Origin: Camelus dromedarius
Taxonomy: Eukaryota
Reading direction: 5' to 3'
NCBI RefSeq assembly: GCF_036321535.1
Contig: NC_087437.1
Span: 122,638,001-122,687,160, forward strand
DNA length: 49,160 nt
Shown: positions 38,000 to 49,160 of the stretch, in pieces
Layout: each line of letters starts with the position of its first letter
Numbering within the stretch: the stretch's first letter is position 1
Notes under the pieces: generated by a model
Told to the model about the DNA's origin: nothing
Databases searched by the model: none
Seen by the model: the letters and a program-made list of their open reading frames with translations, nothing else
Position numbers and translations under genes: made by a program

Positions 38000-40900
38000 G
38001 TATGAACAAGTTCAAGAACTTGTGTGCCTACTTTAAGCATGGGAGATGCCCAGGAAATTGAGTAATTCCCTGAGATGGCCCAAGACATCATCTGAAATGC
38101 CATCTTTCTCTAACACCAAAAGAAAGGAAAGTTATGTTTATCATACAGGTTTAAATCTTAGCCTTCTCTATTGATTTTTTTTTTTTTTGAGATTTAGTCT
38201 TTGTTTTATTCCTGGTACAGAAAGGGAGATTACTTTTCAAATGGAGATTTCCCTTATAAATGTAAATTTGCCTCACAAAAGGCAGTCTTGACTTGGATTT
38301 CATAGAGTCTCATGTGTCTTATTTTTTTAAGAAATCTGCCCATTGTAATCTTCATGCCAAAGAGATGTATTTTAGGGTGTCATTTGCCCTCTTTCCATGG
38401 GTGTACCCTAACTTGCTTATGTATTCATGCACGGAAGGACATCCTCATATTTTAACGTTTTTAGCCATTATGAGTAGAGTTGCTGTGCATAATTGCATGC
38501 TAGTTTTTGTTTGGACACTTTATCAAAGCAATTGTCTAAATACTAGAGGTGCAATGTTGGATTTTCAGGCAAGCATTGACTAGCTTTGGAAAAAACTGCC
38601 CAACTGTCTTTCAAAGTAGCCACACACGCATTCCACCTGCAGTGAGGGAGAGTTCATTTTTCTTCATCTTCCATCAATCACAAGTAATGTCATTTTTTGG
38701 AGTTTAGTGGTTCTAATAAGTGTGCAGTGTTACATCATCATTGTTTTAATTTGCAATTTCCTACTGGTATATGATTTTTGAGAACATTTTTATAAGCTTA
38801 TCTACTATCTGTGTGTTTTCTTTGGAGAGGTGTTTGTTAAGATCTTTACCTATTTTTATTGGGGTTGTTTGTTGTAAAGTTCTTGGGGTAATTTGAGTCC
38901 AAATCCTTAATCAGTTATATGTTTTGTAAATTTATGTTTCTCAGTATGTGTCTTGTCTTTTCTGAACAAGGTCATAAACAGAGTTTAAATTTTTAATTTT
39001 TAAAATTCCATGATATAAGTTTTACTTCTGTGGATAGACTTGGGGATTTTTGTAAAATTTCATCACCTAGACAAAGTTATGTCAATTTCCTTACATGTTT
39101 TCTTTTAGAATAATTCCAGATGTGCATTTTATAGTTGTCTATGGACACTGTAGAGTACATTTTGGTGTGAGTGGTAAAACCTGAGTGGTTGTGGCCTGCA
39201 GTTCCCAGCTGGCGAGCAGATGGCACTGTTCTCTGACCCTCAAGGTGCACGTGTCTCACTGAGGGGGTTGGCTCCTATGGGAACTTGGCTTCTTGTGGGG
39301 CTGGTGGAGGCTGGGTCTCCTCAGGACCCACCGTGGCTTCAGCTTCAGGACAACACTTGACCAACCAAGTCCACCCAGACAGGAGCCAGACGTCTTCAAG
39401 AATCACGAGCAGGCATCACTGTGGGAGTAAAAGGTGAGGGAAAAGTGGGGAGAGGCTTCCTGTGTGTGATTGCAATTAAGGGTTTCCATTTTCAGAGGAT
39501 CCAGCAGAGGAGGGCCTTGATGTGGAATATTTTCAAATCTACTTGACTTTGTGTCTAGTGTTGACAGTGTCTAGTGTCATTTTGGGGGGTATGGTGTCCA
39601 ATGTTCTTGGCAACGTCTATTGAGGGGACTGTCCTTTTCCCACTTTGTGTTCTTGGCTCTTTTGCCATGAATTAACTGGCACTCTAAAGATGGGTTTATT
39701 CCTGTGCTCCCTGTTCTGTTCCTCTGGTCCATGTGCCTATTTTTGTGCCAATACCTTACTGTATCTCTACTGGTGACTGTGGCTTCCTAATGTCGTGTGA
39801 AGCCAGGGAGGGAGATGCCTCCAACTGTGTTCCCCTCCTCAAGGTTACTCAGGCTATTCCAGGTTTTTTGTTCCATGCAAATGGTAGGATTTCTTGTTTT
39901 TTGTTTCTGTGAAAAAAATGCCATTTGGTAGAGTTTGGTAGAGTTTGCAGTTAATGTGTACACTGCTTAGGCTTCGTGAGTGTTATAATAATGTTCTAGT
40001 GCATGAGCACAGCTTTATTTTGTGTGTATGTCCTCTTCAATTTCCTTATCAGTGTTTTCTAACTTTCCCTGTGCAGGCCTTTCACATCCTTGGTTAACTT
40101 TATTCCTGGGTATTTTATTTTTATCTTTATTTTGGTGCAATTGTTAAATGGGATTGCTTTATTAATTTCTCTTTCTGAAACTTCTTTATTAGTGTATAGA
40201 AAGTCAATTGATTTTTGTGTATTGATATTGTATCATGTAGCTTTACTAAAGTTAATTATTACTTTTCAACTTTTTTTTTTTTTGGTATTTTGATGTGGAA
40301 AAGTAGAATTCAAAATTGCCACTGTTTTTTTTTTTTTTTTAAATCACATTCATGTCATTCACAACAACCAAGACACAGTGGCTTATGATATTCTCTTATG
40401 GTGTCTCTCAATAATATGTAGATTCCTGCAAGGGTGATCAGCTCAACCATTTTGGATCAACTGGAACTGGAGAAGGCTTGGGCTCTACAGTGAAGTTTGA
40501 TGCTTTCTCAGCTTTTCTGTAATGATTTTGACATGGTTGATTTAAAAAATTATTTACTTTCCAATAATTTTGAACATACAGAATATGTGCAGTAGCAGTA
40601 CAATGTCCTCTTCATCTATAAGCTCAGGTTTCTCACTCATCATCGATGTAGCATGTATGCCACTTTTCATGACAATCTCTAGTGTGTTTTTGCCTTGAGT
40701 AGAGACACTCTGTCTACTCACATAACATGCAAATGAAGATTCATTATGGTTTTCACTTCATAATGCAGTCCACAGGCTCAGTTCCACTGTCAGCACCTGC
40801 TCCAATTGTGTAGCAATGGGTTTTCCCAATCCGATCCAGTGTTTTTTTTTTTTTTTTTCTTTTTTCCTGGAACTGTTCCTGAGACTTTCCCTTATCTTTC

Positions 40901-41860
40901 CAACTTTGATTTAATTAAAGGACACAAGATGAGTATGATCTGGGTGGCCTTTTCTGTATGTCCTCTTTTCCTTAGGATGTTTTCATTGTTCATCCATGTT
41001 GTAACAAATATCAGTAATTCATTGTTTTCATTGTGATTAAATCTATTCCATATAACATTTACCATTTAAACTGCTTTAAGTATATAGTTTCATTACATTT
41101 ATGTCATTTAGTTTTTGGATATTGACTACATTTACATTGTTGTATAAATATTCTCAGCATTCATCTCTACTATTTTTTCAGTTTCACCAAGTGAAACTGT
41201 ATCCATTAGACAGGAACTCCTAACCCCCTGGCAAGTACATTGTATGTTTTGTTATTGAATTAGACTTATACGGATACCTCATCTTAGAATCATAGAATGT
41301 TTGTCCTTTTTTGGTTTGGTTTGGTCTGGTTTGTTTCCCTTGAATGACTTCAAGGTTCATCCACGTTGTATCATGTGTCAGAATTACCTTCGTTTTAAAG
41401 GCTGAACCCTATTTAAATGTGTATATACTACATTTTGTGTATGGAATCATCCATCTGGTTGCTTGTCTTTTGGCCAGTGTGAATAGGGCTGCTATGAACA
41501 TGGCTGTAGAAATGTGTTTTTCAGTCTCCGCTTTCTATCCTTTTGGGTTTATACCCTGAAGTTGAATCAACAGGTGATACATTAACTGTATGTTTAAGTT
41601 TTTGAGGAACCACCATACTGTTTTCCACAGTGGCTGCACCATTTTACTGTATTTCTTTCAATGGCAGAATTATATCAGTTTATTGATGCACTGTAGTTTG
41701 CATATCTTTTCATCCATTGATGGACATTTGAATAGTTTCTACCTTTGAGCTGTTTCAAACCATGCTGCCATAATTATTAGTGTAGTGTAGCATTTTTTGT
41801 TTGGACACCTGTGTTAAATTTTTTGCCATATATGCATATATATGAGGGAAGTTGCTGAAC
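38000..41860 (+). repeat. Fifth, more diverged module of the array
   Basis: Same order: MER34-like LTR, L1, GC block (~39180-39540, AAG|GTGAGG at 39434), L1, exon-like block (~40354-40470), L1M. Confidence 0.85.
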
Positions 41861-41864
41861 CGAT

Positions 41865-42455
41865 TGATAGTTGTTGGGGGAAAGCCGTGACTCAGTTATG
41901 GTCATCAAGACCTTAGCAGACCCAAGTAACCTGTAGCTCAGTTTAAATTGAATACTATTTACCAACATCATCGACCATCATAATGTGTTATTCAGTCAGT
42001 GGTCACAGGACATTCAGTAATTACACATCCATGTGCAAATCAGTAAATAGCTTGCTTTATTACCCCTCTACTTACTGCTTAATCTCATACTTTGTCTGTC
42101 CTTATCACCTTGCCAACCCCCCCAAACAAGTCAAAGGATGTAACTATGTAAGATTCAACTGACTCATCTAACAAAGATACTGCCCTTACTTCACCCAACC
42201 AGTTACTATAACTACAAAGTGGCCTTTTAACTGTATCCATCAATTGCTTAGACATGTAAGGCTTATACTGATAGGCATACCCCTAGATCTGCTATTTACT
42301 TTGAACAAAATTAAAAATACAGTACATGGTAACAGTCTGCAAAAGAAACATTGTATGTTTTAATAGTAATTTTAACACAATGTGGACTACTATACCAAAT
42401 ACCAAGGTATCAGTTAAATACATAAATCTCATATGTTGAAAATCCTACTCAACCT
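41865..42455 (+). pseudogene. NUMT control region, 3' half
   Basis: gactcagttatgg central-domain motif, CSB1-like tattcagtcagtggtcacaggacat (41989-42013), CSB3-like tgccaacccccccaaacaag (~42111-42130). Confidence 0.85.
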
Positions 42456-42525
42456 GTTGTTGTAGCTTTAATAATTAAAGCAAGGCAGTGAAAATGCCTG
42501 GACGAGTTTACTAACTCCATAAACA
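42456..42525 (+). pseudogene. MT-TF: NUMT tRNA-Phe
   Basis: gttgttgtagcttta...aaagcaaggcagtgaaaatgcctggacgag...actccataaaca. Confidence 0.9.
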
Positions 42526-43601
42526 CACAGATTTCATTTGAGCCTTTCTAATAACTTGTAATAAAATTACACATGCAAGTTTCTATATTCCCATGAGAAT
42601 GCCCTCTAAATATTTTAAAAGGGTAAAGTGAGCAGGTATCAAGCACCCTAGACGTAGCTTTCAATGCCTCGCTGAATCATGCCCCTATGGGAAATGACTG
42701 ATAAAAATTAAGCCATAAATGAAAGTTTGACTAGGTTATCATAACTAATTAGGGTTGGTAAATTTTCATGCCAGGTACCACTGTCATAACATGAACCTCA
42801 AATGATAGAAAGTCAGTGTGACGCGTGCTAAAGAGTATTGCAAAATGAAGTTAAGTCTGAGCTACGGTGTGCAAAGCCATAACTAAAGTGAAAATAAGCT
42901 ACTAAAATGACTTTAACATTCCTTATTACAGGTCAGTAAAGATTCAAAGTAGTGTCCATGTATTAGTATGGGTGTAGATACCCAACTATTCTTATCTTTA
43001 AATCAAAATAAAATAATTATAATTATTTTACACATTTAAGTAGAATTCAGCCTTTAAAACTAAGGTAATTCTGACACATGCTACAATGTGGATGAATCTT
43101 GAAGTCACTCAAGGGAAACAAACCAAATCAAAATTATTGGCCAGATGAATACTCGCCTAATACGAAAAACAAAAAGGATCCGTGGTGCTTCCTATGGTGT
43201 TTATAATCCACAAAACCTGATAAACCTCACCACTCTCATGAACACAGTCTGTATGTCTATGTACCAGCATCTTCAGCAACCCCCCAAAGGAGCAACAGTG
43301 ATCATAATGATCAGATATAAGAACATTAGTTCTAGGTGTAACCTATGGGGTGGGAAGATAAGGGTTTCATTTTCTACCTTGAGTACAAAATAATATATAC
43401 AAAATTGTGATGAAATACCAAGGGAGAACTTAGTTGTAAATTAAGAGTGCCCAATACAGTCAGGCCACAAAGCAGGCACACTCAGCCCGTCACCCTCCTC
43501 AAATAGCAATAAATTTTCATAACCCATTAACAAGTAGTAGACATTAAAAAGGAGAGGAGTTCTTACAAGGTGGGCACACTGGAGAGTGTGCTTGGTTACA
43601 T
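42526..43601 (+). pseudogene. MT-RNR1: NUMT 12S rRNA, with a small L1-like insert at ~43030-43125
   Basis: gcaggtatcaagcac, gaaagtttgacta, gcccgtcaccctcctc and ctggagagtgtgcttgg motifs. Confidence 0.92.
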
Positions 43602-43669
43602 CAAAGTGTAGTTTTAATAAAAGCACCTGATTTACACCCAGTCGATTCCATACTTCATGAAAAATTTGA
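43602..43669 (+). pseudogene. MT-TV: NUMT tRNA-Val
   Basis: caaagtgtag...aaagcacctgatttacacccag (TAC anticodon). Confidence 0.85.
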
Positions 43670-45256
43670 ACTAAAACTAGCTGAGGCTTCCTACCAAATT
43701 TAACTGTCATGAGTAAATTAAAGATTCATTTAACATCTAAAGTATAGAAGATAGACATTTAAATCTGGTAGCATAAAGTACCATTAGGGAATGATGAAAT
43801 AAGTTAAGTACCTTGAACCCAGATGAGGTACTTAGGAACAGTTTAGTGGAACAGACTCATCTATATGTAAAATGGAAGATCTATGAGTAGAGGTAGTAAA
43901 CCTAACAAGGCTGCTGGCAGCAGGTTGTTCAGAAAAGACTTTTAGTTCAGTTTTAATTATTAATTAAGAATATAACTTCTAATATAATTTTTAATGTTTT
44001 TAAAAAAGGGGCAGATTTTTAGTTACAGGATAAAAACTCTTGAGAACCAATATAAACAATGTTGCAGTTGGCTTAAAAACAGCCACCCATTAAGAAAGTA
44101 TTCAAGGTTGGGGAAGGTATAGCTCAGTGGTAGTGTGTGCAAGGCATGCACAAGGTCCTGGGTTCAATCCCCAGGACCTCCATTAAAGAAACGAACCTAT
44201 TTGCCACCTCCCTCTAAAAATGGCAAGTATTCAAGGTCAAGAACACATTCATCACAATTACAATATAAAAAAAACCCCTCATAATTTAATACTGGACTAA
44301 TCTATTAACTAGTAAAAGCAATACTCTTCATATAGGCAGCAGGAAATACTTCTCCTTGCATACACTTATATCAGAGTGAATAAGTTACTGATAGTTTATT
44401 GTAAAATAAACCCTAATCAATATTTAATTATTTATAAAAACAATTCTTAATCTAACACAGGTATGAATTTCTAGGAAAGATTAAAAAAAAAAAAAAGTAA
44501 AAGGAACGTGGTGATCACAAATCCTGCCTGTTTACCAACAAGATTTCCTCTAGCACTTCTGGCCTTAGAGGCACTGCCTGATCATGGACATGTTTAATGG
44601 CCATAGTTCCCCAACCCTGCCAAAGTAGCATGATCATTTGTTTTGCACATAAGGAGTTGGGAGGATGGCCCCACAAGGTTTTATTATCTCTTTTCATCAG
44701 TGAGATTGACCTTCCCAATAAGAGGTGGGAGCCATATAAAATGAGAAGATCCTATGGTGCTTTAAGCATTTAACCTATAAAGTAAATAACTGAATATTAA
44801 GGGATAACATAGCTTTTAATGGCTTAAAATATTTGGTTGTGGTGGCTCTGGTGAATAAAACAAACACCAAACTGCAAGTGATTAACATTTAGACCAGCTA
44901 TTGAAAATGCTGTGGCATGTATTGATCTAATATATTGATTAATAGAACGTGGTTCTCTAGGGATAACAGTTCAATCCAAATTTAGGGTTCATTTCAACAA
45001 TAGGGTTTATAGCCTCAGAACTGGATCAGAAAATCCCAATGTTGCAACTGCTGTAAATGGTTTATTCAATGATTAAAGTTCTGTGAGATGTGAGTTCAGA
45101 CTGGAGTAATCTTGATTCGTTTCTACCTTTTATACATTTGTCCCAGTATGAGAGGACAGGAGAGTTAAGGGCCGCTTTACAAAATCACCTTCAAATTAAT
45201 TGGTGATACAATACAATTTAAATAATTTTTACATACTCTACTGTAGAACATGGTTT
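43670..45256 (+). pseudogene. MT-RNR2: NUMT 16S rRNA (internal deletion and SINE insertion)
   Basis: cctgcctgtttaccaa, ctagggataacag and tgagttcagactggagtaatc motifs. Confidence 0.92.
44110..44224 (+). mobile_element. tRNA-derived SINE of camelid type
   Basis: ggggaaggtatagctcagtggtag (A box), ggttcaatcc (B box), perfect 13-bp TSD AAGTATTCAAGGT (44096-44108 / 44225-44237). Confidence 0.9.
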
Positions 45257-45331
45257 GTTAGGGTAGCAGAACTCAGCGATTGCATCAAACCAAAACCTTT
45301 ATTTCCTGAAGCCTAAGTCCTCTTCCTAAGA
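45257..45331 (+). pseudogene. MT-TL1: NUMT tRNA-Leu(UUR)
   Basis: gttagggtagcagaactcagcgattgcat...tcctcttcctaaga. Confidence 0.8.
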
Positions 45332-45333
45332 AT

Positions 45334-46257
45334 AGGTTTATAATCTTATAATAGGTTGATAATATATATAATATACATATATTACATTATATACATAGTG
45401 TTAAATTATATATAATACATCAATTTACATATATATAATACATCAATTTGCACATATATATTATATTATATTATATATAGTTTTAAATTATATATAATAC
45501 ATCAATGTACATTATATAAATATAGTTGCACCAGTGTTGGCCTTAACCATGGCTTCCACATTAGGAGCTCCTCTTCCCATACCTTAGCCACTGTCTGCTC
45601 ATGTGAACCTAGGCATACTTCTCATACGGCTGTATTAAGCCTAGCCATGTATTCCACCCCCTGATCTGCATTACCTTCATACTAAAAACACACACTCACC
45701 AGAGCTCTGTGGGCAGCAGCACAGACAATCTCATGTGAAGTAAACTAGCATTTATTGGTTTATCATTCCTACTGATAAATAGATCATTTATACTCTCAGG
45801 CATTACACAAGAATATCTGATTAATTTCCCCCTCCCAACTCCTAGTCAGATTTTTATTTACCTCTAGTGTAGCAGAAATCAATGGAGCTCCATTTGACTT
45901 AACAGAAGGAGACTCAAAAGTTGTATCTAGCTTCAATGTAGACTATGTAGCAGGTCTATTTTCTCTGGCCTTTATAGCAGGTTAGGTCTATATCATGATA
46001 ATAAATATTTTCATAATATATTTTTAGGAGCATTTCAAATCCCTAGATAACAGAATTATATACAGACAAATTACACACAGCCAATGTTGTCATTCAAACA
46101 CTCCTCCTAACAATCTCCTTCCTTGGACTTTGAATATCCTACCCACAATCTTGAGATGAACAACTTATACATCTCCTATGAAAAAAGAAATTAACACTAA
46201 CAGTAGTCCTGTGTATGTTTCACTACCCATCAGTGCATCGGGCATCCCACCGAAACA
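45334..46257 (+). pseudogene. MT-ND1: NUMT ND1 (disrupted; AT-rich low-complexity insert at ~45360-45525)
   Basis: gcacagacaatctcatgtgaagt (AQTISYEV), gctccatttgacttaacagaaggagactca ([10 protein letters not shown]), ttcaatgtagactatg. Confidence 0.9.
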
Positions 46258-46452
46258 TTGATATGTTTGACAAAAGAGTTATCTGAAAAGTAAATAAAAG
46301 AGGTCTAAGAACTCTTATTCCTAGAATCACAGGAATTGATCGTTCCCTTAAGAACTTAAAAGTATTCATGCTGCCACATTACACCACATTCTGTGGTGAT
46401 GGATGGGCCCCCAAGTGAGCTATCAGTGTTGTTTGATATCCTTACTATGCTA
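46257..46452. pseudogene. NUMT tRNA-Ile (+), tRNA-Gln (-) and degraded tRNA-Met (+)
   Basis: atatgtttgacaaaagagtta; ctagaatcacaggaattga...ttacaccacattct. Confidence 0.8.
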
Positions 46453-47420
46453 ATAAACCCTATTTTTACTATCATTCTACTGACCATTCCATGATTTTAT
46501 TAGCAAGCTGACATTGTACAAGTATTTCCATTCTAATAAGAAAATTGAATGCAAAATTTATAGAAGCACCCAACAACTGTTCTCTAACACAACCCACCAC
46601 ATCCATACTATTTATGTGGGATTTTACTTTTAATCTAATATACTCCAGCCATGGACAAGTACAAAATTTTTTTATCCAACAGGATCCACCATTTAAACAA
46701 CAGCACTAGTCACAAATTTGGACTTCTCACGTTTCTTTTCTGAGTGACTGAAGCTACACAGGGCATCCCCCACACAGCAGGGCCAATGCAATTAACGTGA
46801 TGAATGTGCACCCCCAAGTGTCACAGCAAATCTCGACACCCGCCCCCCGAAGCATACTGTTATTCACAGGTGTGTTATGAATTATCGTCAGCAGCCGAGG
46901 CAGACTAACAAAACCCAACTACCACATTTATAGTCTGCTTGTCAGTTGTCCATAGAGGATGGATGACAGCTATTACAGTGTGTAATCCAACCATGACGAC
47001 CCTGAATGTACTAACTTTTATCATTCCACACTGTCATCTTGCTATTCACGCTCTGCTCATGGACCACAACTCTGTCGTTATCATACATGTGGAATAAAAC
47101 ACTTCCAATCACAATCCTCATCCCCATCATCATATTTTATTAGGAGGCCTCCCACCAGGATCAGGGTTTTTCCTCAAATGAGTAATCATTTGAGATACAA
47201 CAGAAACCAGTAACAGCAACCTACCAGCACTAACCGTCCTCACAGCACTGTTCAACATATATTTGTACATCTGGCTAAAATTCTCCATATCACTTCCTCT
47301 ACTTTTATGAATAAATTAAAAAAATGAGATTTTAAGCATAGACAACAACCATCTGATGGTTACTAATCCTAATAGTCACACTATTACTGCCCTTAACGCC
47401 CATTCTATCAGTGCTGGAGT
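46453..47420 (+). pseudogene. MT-ND2: NUMT ND2 (disrupted)
   Basis: ataaaccct start, ttctgagtgactgaagctacacaggg (FWVPEVTQG-like), ttaggaggcctcccacc (LGGLPP). Confidence 0.88.
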
Positions 47421-47687
47421 AGGAATTTAGGTTAATATACACCAAGGGCTTTCAAATGTTCAAGGAGGTACAATTTAACTTCTGAAAATATGGATTGCAA
47501 GAGATTGTACTACATCAGTTGAATGCAAATCAAACACGTTAATTAAGGTAAAGACTTGGTAGATTGGTGGCCTTCCACCACAGCACATTTTAGTTAACAG
47601 GAAATCTTCTGGTAAATTGGCTTCCAGTTATTTCTCCAGCCATCTGGAAAACATTTGCAGGAGAAGCCCTAGCAAAATTGAAGCTGC

Positions 47688-47720
<33 letters not shown>

Positions 47721-47818
47721 GCATTTCAGTATGTTGATTCACCACAGAGCTTGACCCAAAAGGGGCCAAACCTCTACCTCTAGATTTACAGTCTAAGGCT
47801 TGCTCAACCACTTCCACC
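47421..47818. pseudogene. NUMT WANCY tRNA cluster and OL (poly-T expansion in tRNA-Cys)
   Basis: aggaatttaggttaa (Trp), ttgaatgcaaatcaa (Ala, minus), tttagttaacag (Asn, minus), OL-like stem ~47631-47666, aatttgcatttc (Cys, minus), tagatttacagtctaa (Tyr, minus). Confidence 0.88.
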
Positions 47819-47819
47819 T

Positions 47820-48376
47820 AAGTTCACAAACCAACTTGTTGACAATTTTCAACAAGTCACAAAGATTGGCATTTTATATCACCATATTATTGTTTGAACT
47901 GGAATAGTAGGCACTGCTGTAAAGTCATCAATCCCCGCTGAGACAGAGAGACCTGGAGCGCTCCTCGGAGATGACCAAATCTATGATGTTGTCATAACAG
48001 CGTATGCATGTGTAGTACGCATATGCGGTGCATGTGTTTTTTAGTTATACTAAGGACAATTGGGGGACCCAGAAACTGACTTGTCCCACTGATAATTGGG
48101 TCATTCAATACAGCATTGCTGTGACTGAATGATAGCAGCTTCTCACAATTTCTCCCGTCATTCTTACACCTGCTCATATCGTAAAAAGTAGAAGCAGGTG
48201 CCAGCACTTGTCGAACCATGCATGCATCCACCTCTAGCTGGCAAGCTGGCCACGTAGGAGCCTCTGCCGACCTAGCCACGTCCTCCATGTATTTAGGAGG
48301 TGTCTCTTTCATTCTTGGTGATTTAAATTTTTTTAAACTACAATCAGTAATATAAAACCATCGGCCATATCCCAAT
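47820..48376 (+). pseudogene. MT-CO1: NUMT COX1, 5' third (disrupted)
   Basis: ttttcaacaagtcacaaagatt (FSTNHKD-like), ctcggagatgaccaaatctat (LGDDQIY), gtagaagcaggtgcc (VEAGA), aaaccatcggccatatcccaa (KPPAMSQ-like). Confidence 0.92.
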
Positions 48377-49160
48377 GTATGTAGTTTGAGTTAATTGTAT
48401 ATGTGGTGTATTCCCCTGCATGTGGATAGCCAGTTACCCAGCACCATTTGTGGAAGAGTAGTTAAAAAAAAAAACCCTAAATATTCGCACTTGTGAAAAA
48501 TGTATTGATCCTAAGTGAATGGGATTATGTTCGGGCTTCTTATGTACTGCCATTTATCTATATTTATATTTTTATGGCAATATCATATTTTTTATATTGC
48601 TTTGTATTGACATGAAATTTGAAAATATGAAGCTCTATCTTTGGTTTTCCCTTTTCAAGTTTGTTTTGTCTTTTTGGGGTTCCTAAAATCATATACGAAT
48701 GTTAAAATCAACTTCTGTGTTTGTTCCAAAATTGTCATAGAAATTATGTTGTCTCCCTAGATCGCTTCGGGTACTCACGCCATATTTAGTTTTGTTACCA
48801 ACATGCGATGTCTTCTTCTTCTTCTTCTTTTTTTTTTAAAGAGTTTATTTCACTTCTTTTAGTGTTGTCATTTCCATTTTAATTTAGTAGTCTTGTACCT
48901 TGATTAAATTGACTCTTAACTATTTTAGTAATATTGACATCATGTAAAATACAAGTCTGTTAAATTCTTGAGATTATTCATTGTTAATGTGTCCATGTAG
49001 ACAAGTTTTGATTCATTGATACTTTGTGTTGTCTACTTGCTGAAGTATTTGAGTTGCTCACAGTTTAAAAATTGAGCTAGTCAATGAATTGTGTGTGCTT
49101 TCAAGATGTATATGTAAACTGATGTCAACTGTGTCTGTGAATGGACATCCTTTTATATGT
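48377..49160 (-). mobile_element. Old L1 ORF2 fragment (antisense)
   Basis: gtggatagccagttacccagcaccatttg and other antisense L1 phrases. Confidence 0.75.

Larger units (their letters stand above)
41865..48376 (+). pseudogene. Ancient NUMT, ~6.5 kb: control region-F-12S-V-16S-L-ND1-I-Q-M-ND2-W-A-N-OL-C-Y-COX1(5')
   Basis: Vertebrate mtDNA gene order is recognisable throughout, with many substitutions, indels and later insertions. Confidence 0.97.

Noticed and set aside
9230..40550. snoRNA/miRNA cluster within the repeated modules
   Set aside because: No conserved C/D box pair with terminal stem or conserved hairpin was visible by eye; Infernal/snoscan was not run.
44110..44182. Possible nuclear tRNA gene
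   Set aside because: Has a SINE tail and a TSD; it is a tRNA-derived SINE.
42456..47818. Functional mitochondrial rRNA/tRNA genes or mtDNA contamination
   Set aside because: Heavily mutated, frameshifted and interrupted by nuclear repeats, with nuclear L1 flanks.

Overview
Mammalian nuclear DNA, most likely camelid (inferred from a camelid-type tRNA-derived SINE at ~44110). It is not prokaryotic, and nearly all of the ORF track is noise. From left to right: (1) a fairly young, inactivated LINE-1 fragment (ORF1 end, long spacer, ORF2 endonuclease; 1-~1670). (2) A diverged segmental-duplication array built on old L1M/LTR/MER2 scaffolding. Block A (~7318-19068) is paralogous to block B (~28490-37850), with a fifth, older module at ~38000-41860. 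Each of the five modules carries a non-TE-looking GC-rich promoter/first-exon-like block and a downstream ~120-nt exon-like block. (3) A retroposed U1 snRNA present only in block A. (4) A CpG island wedged between A and B that contains PARD6G coding exon 1 on the minus strand, with GTG in place of ATG, plus an upstream ATG-bearing phase-0 exon candidate. (5) An ancient ~6.5-kb NUMT running from the control region to the 5' part of COX1 (~41865-48376). All alignments were done by eye; repeat family names and repeat or NUMT sub-feature boundaries are approximate.
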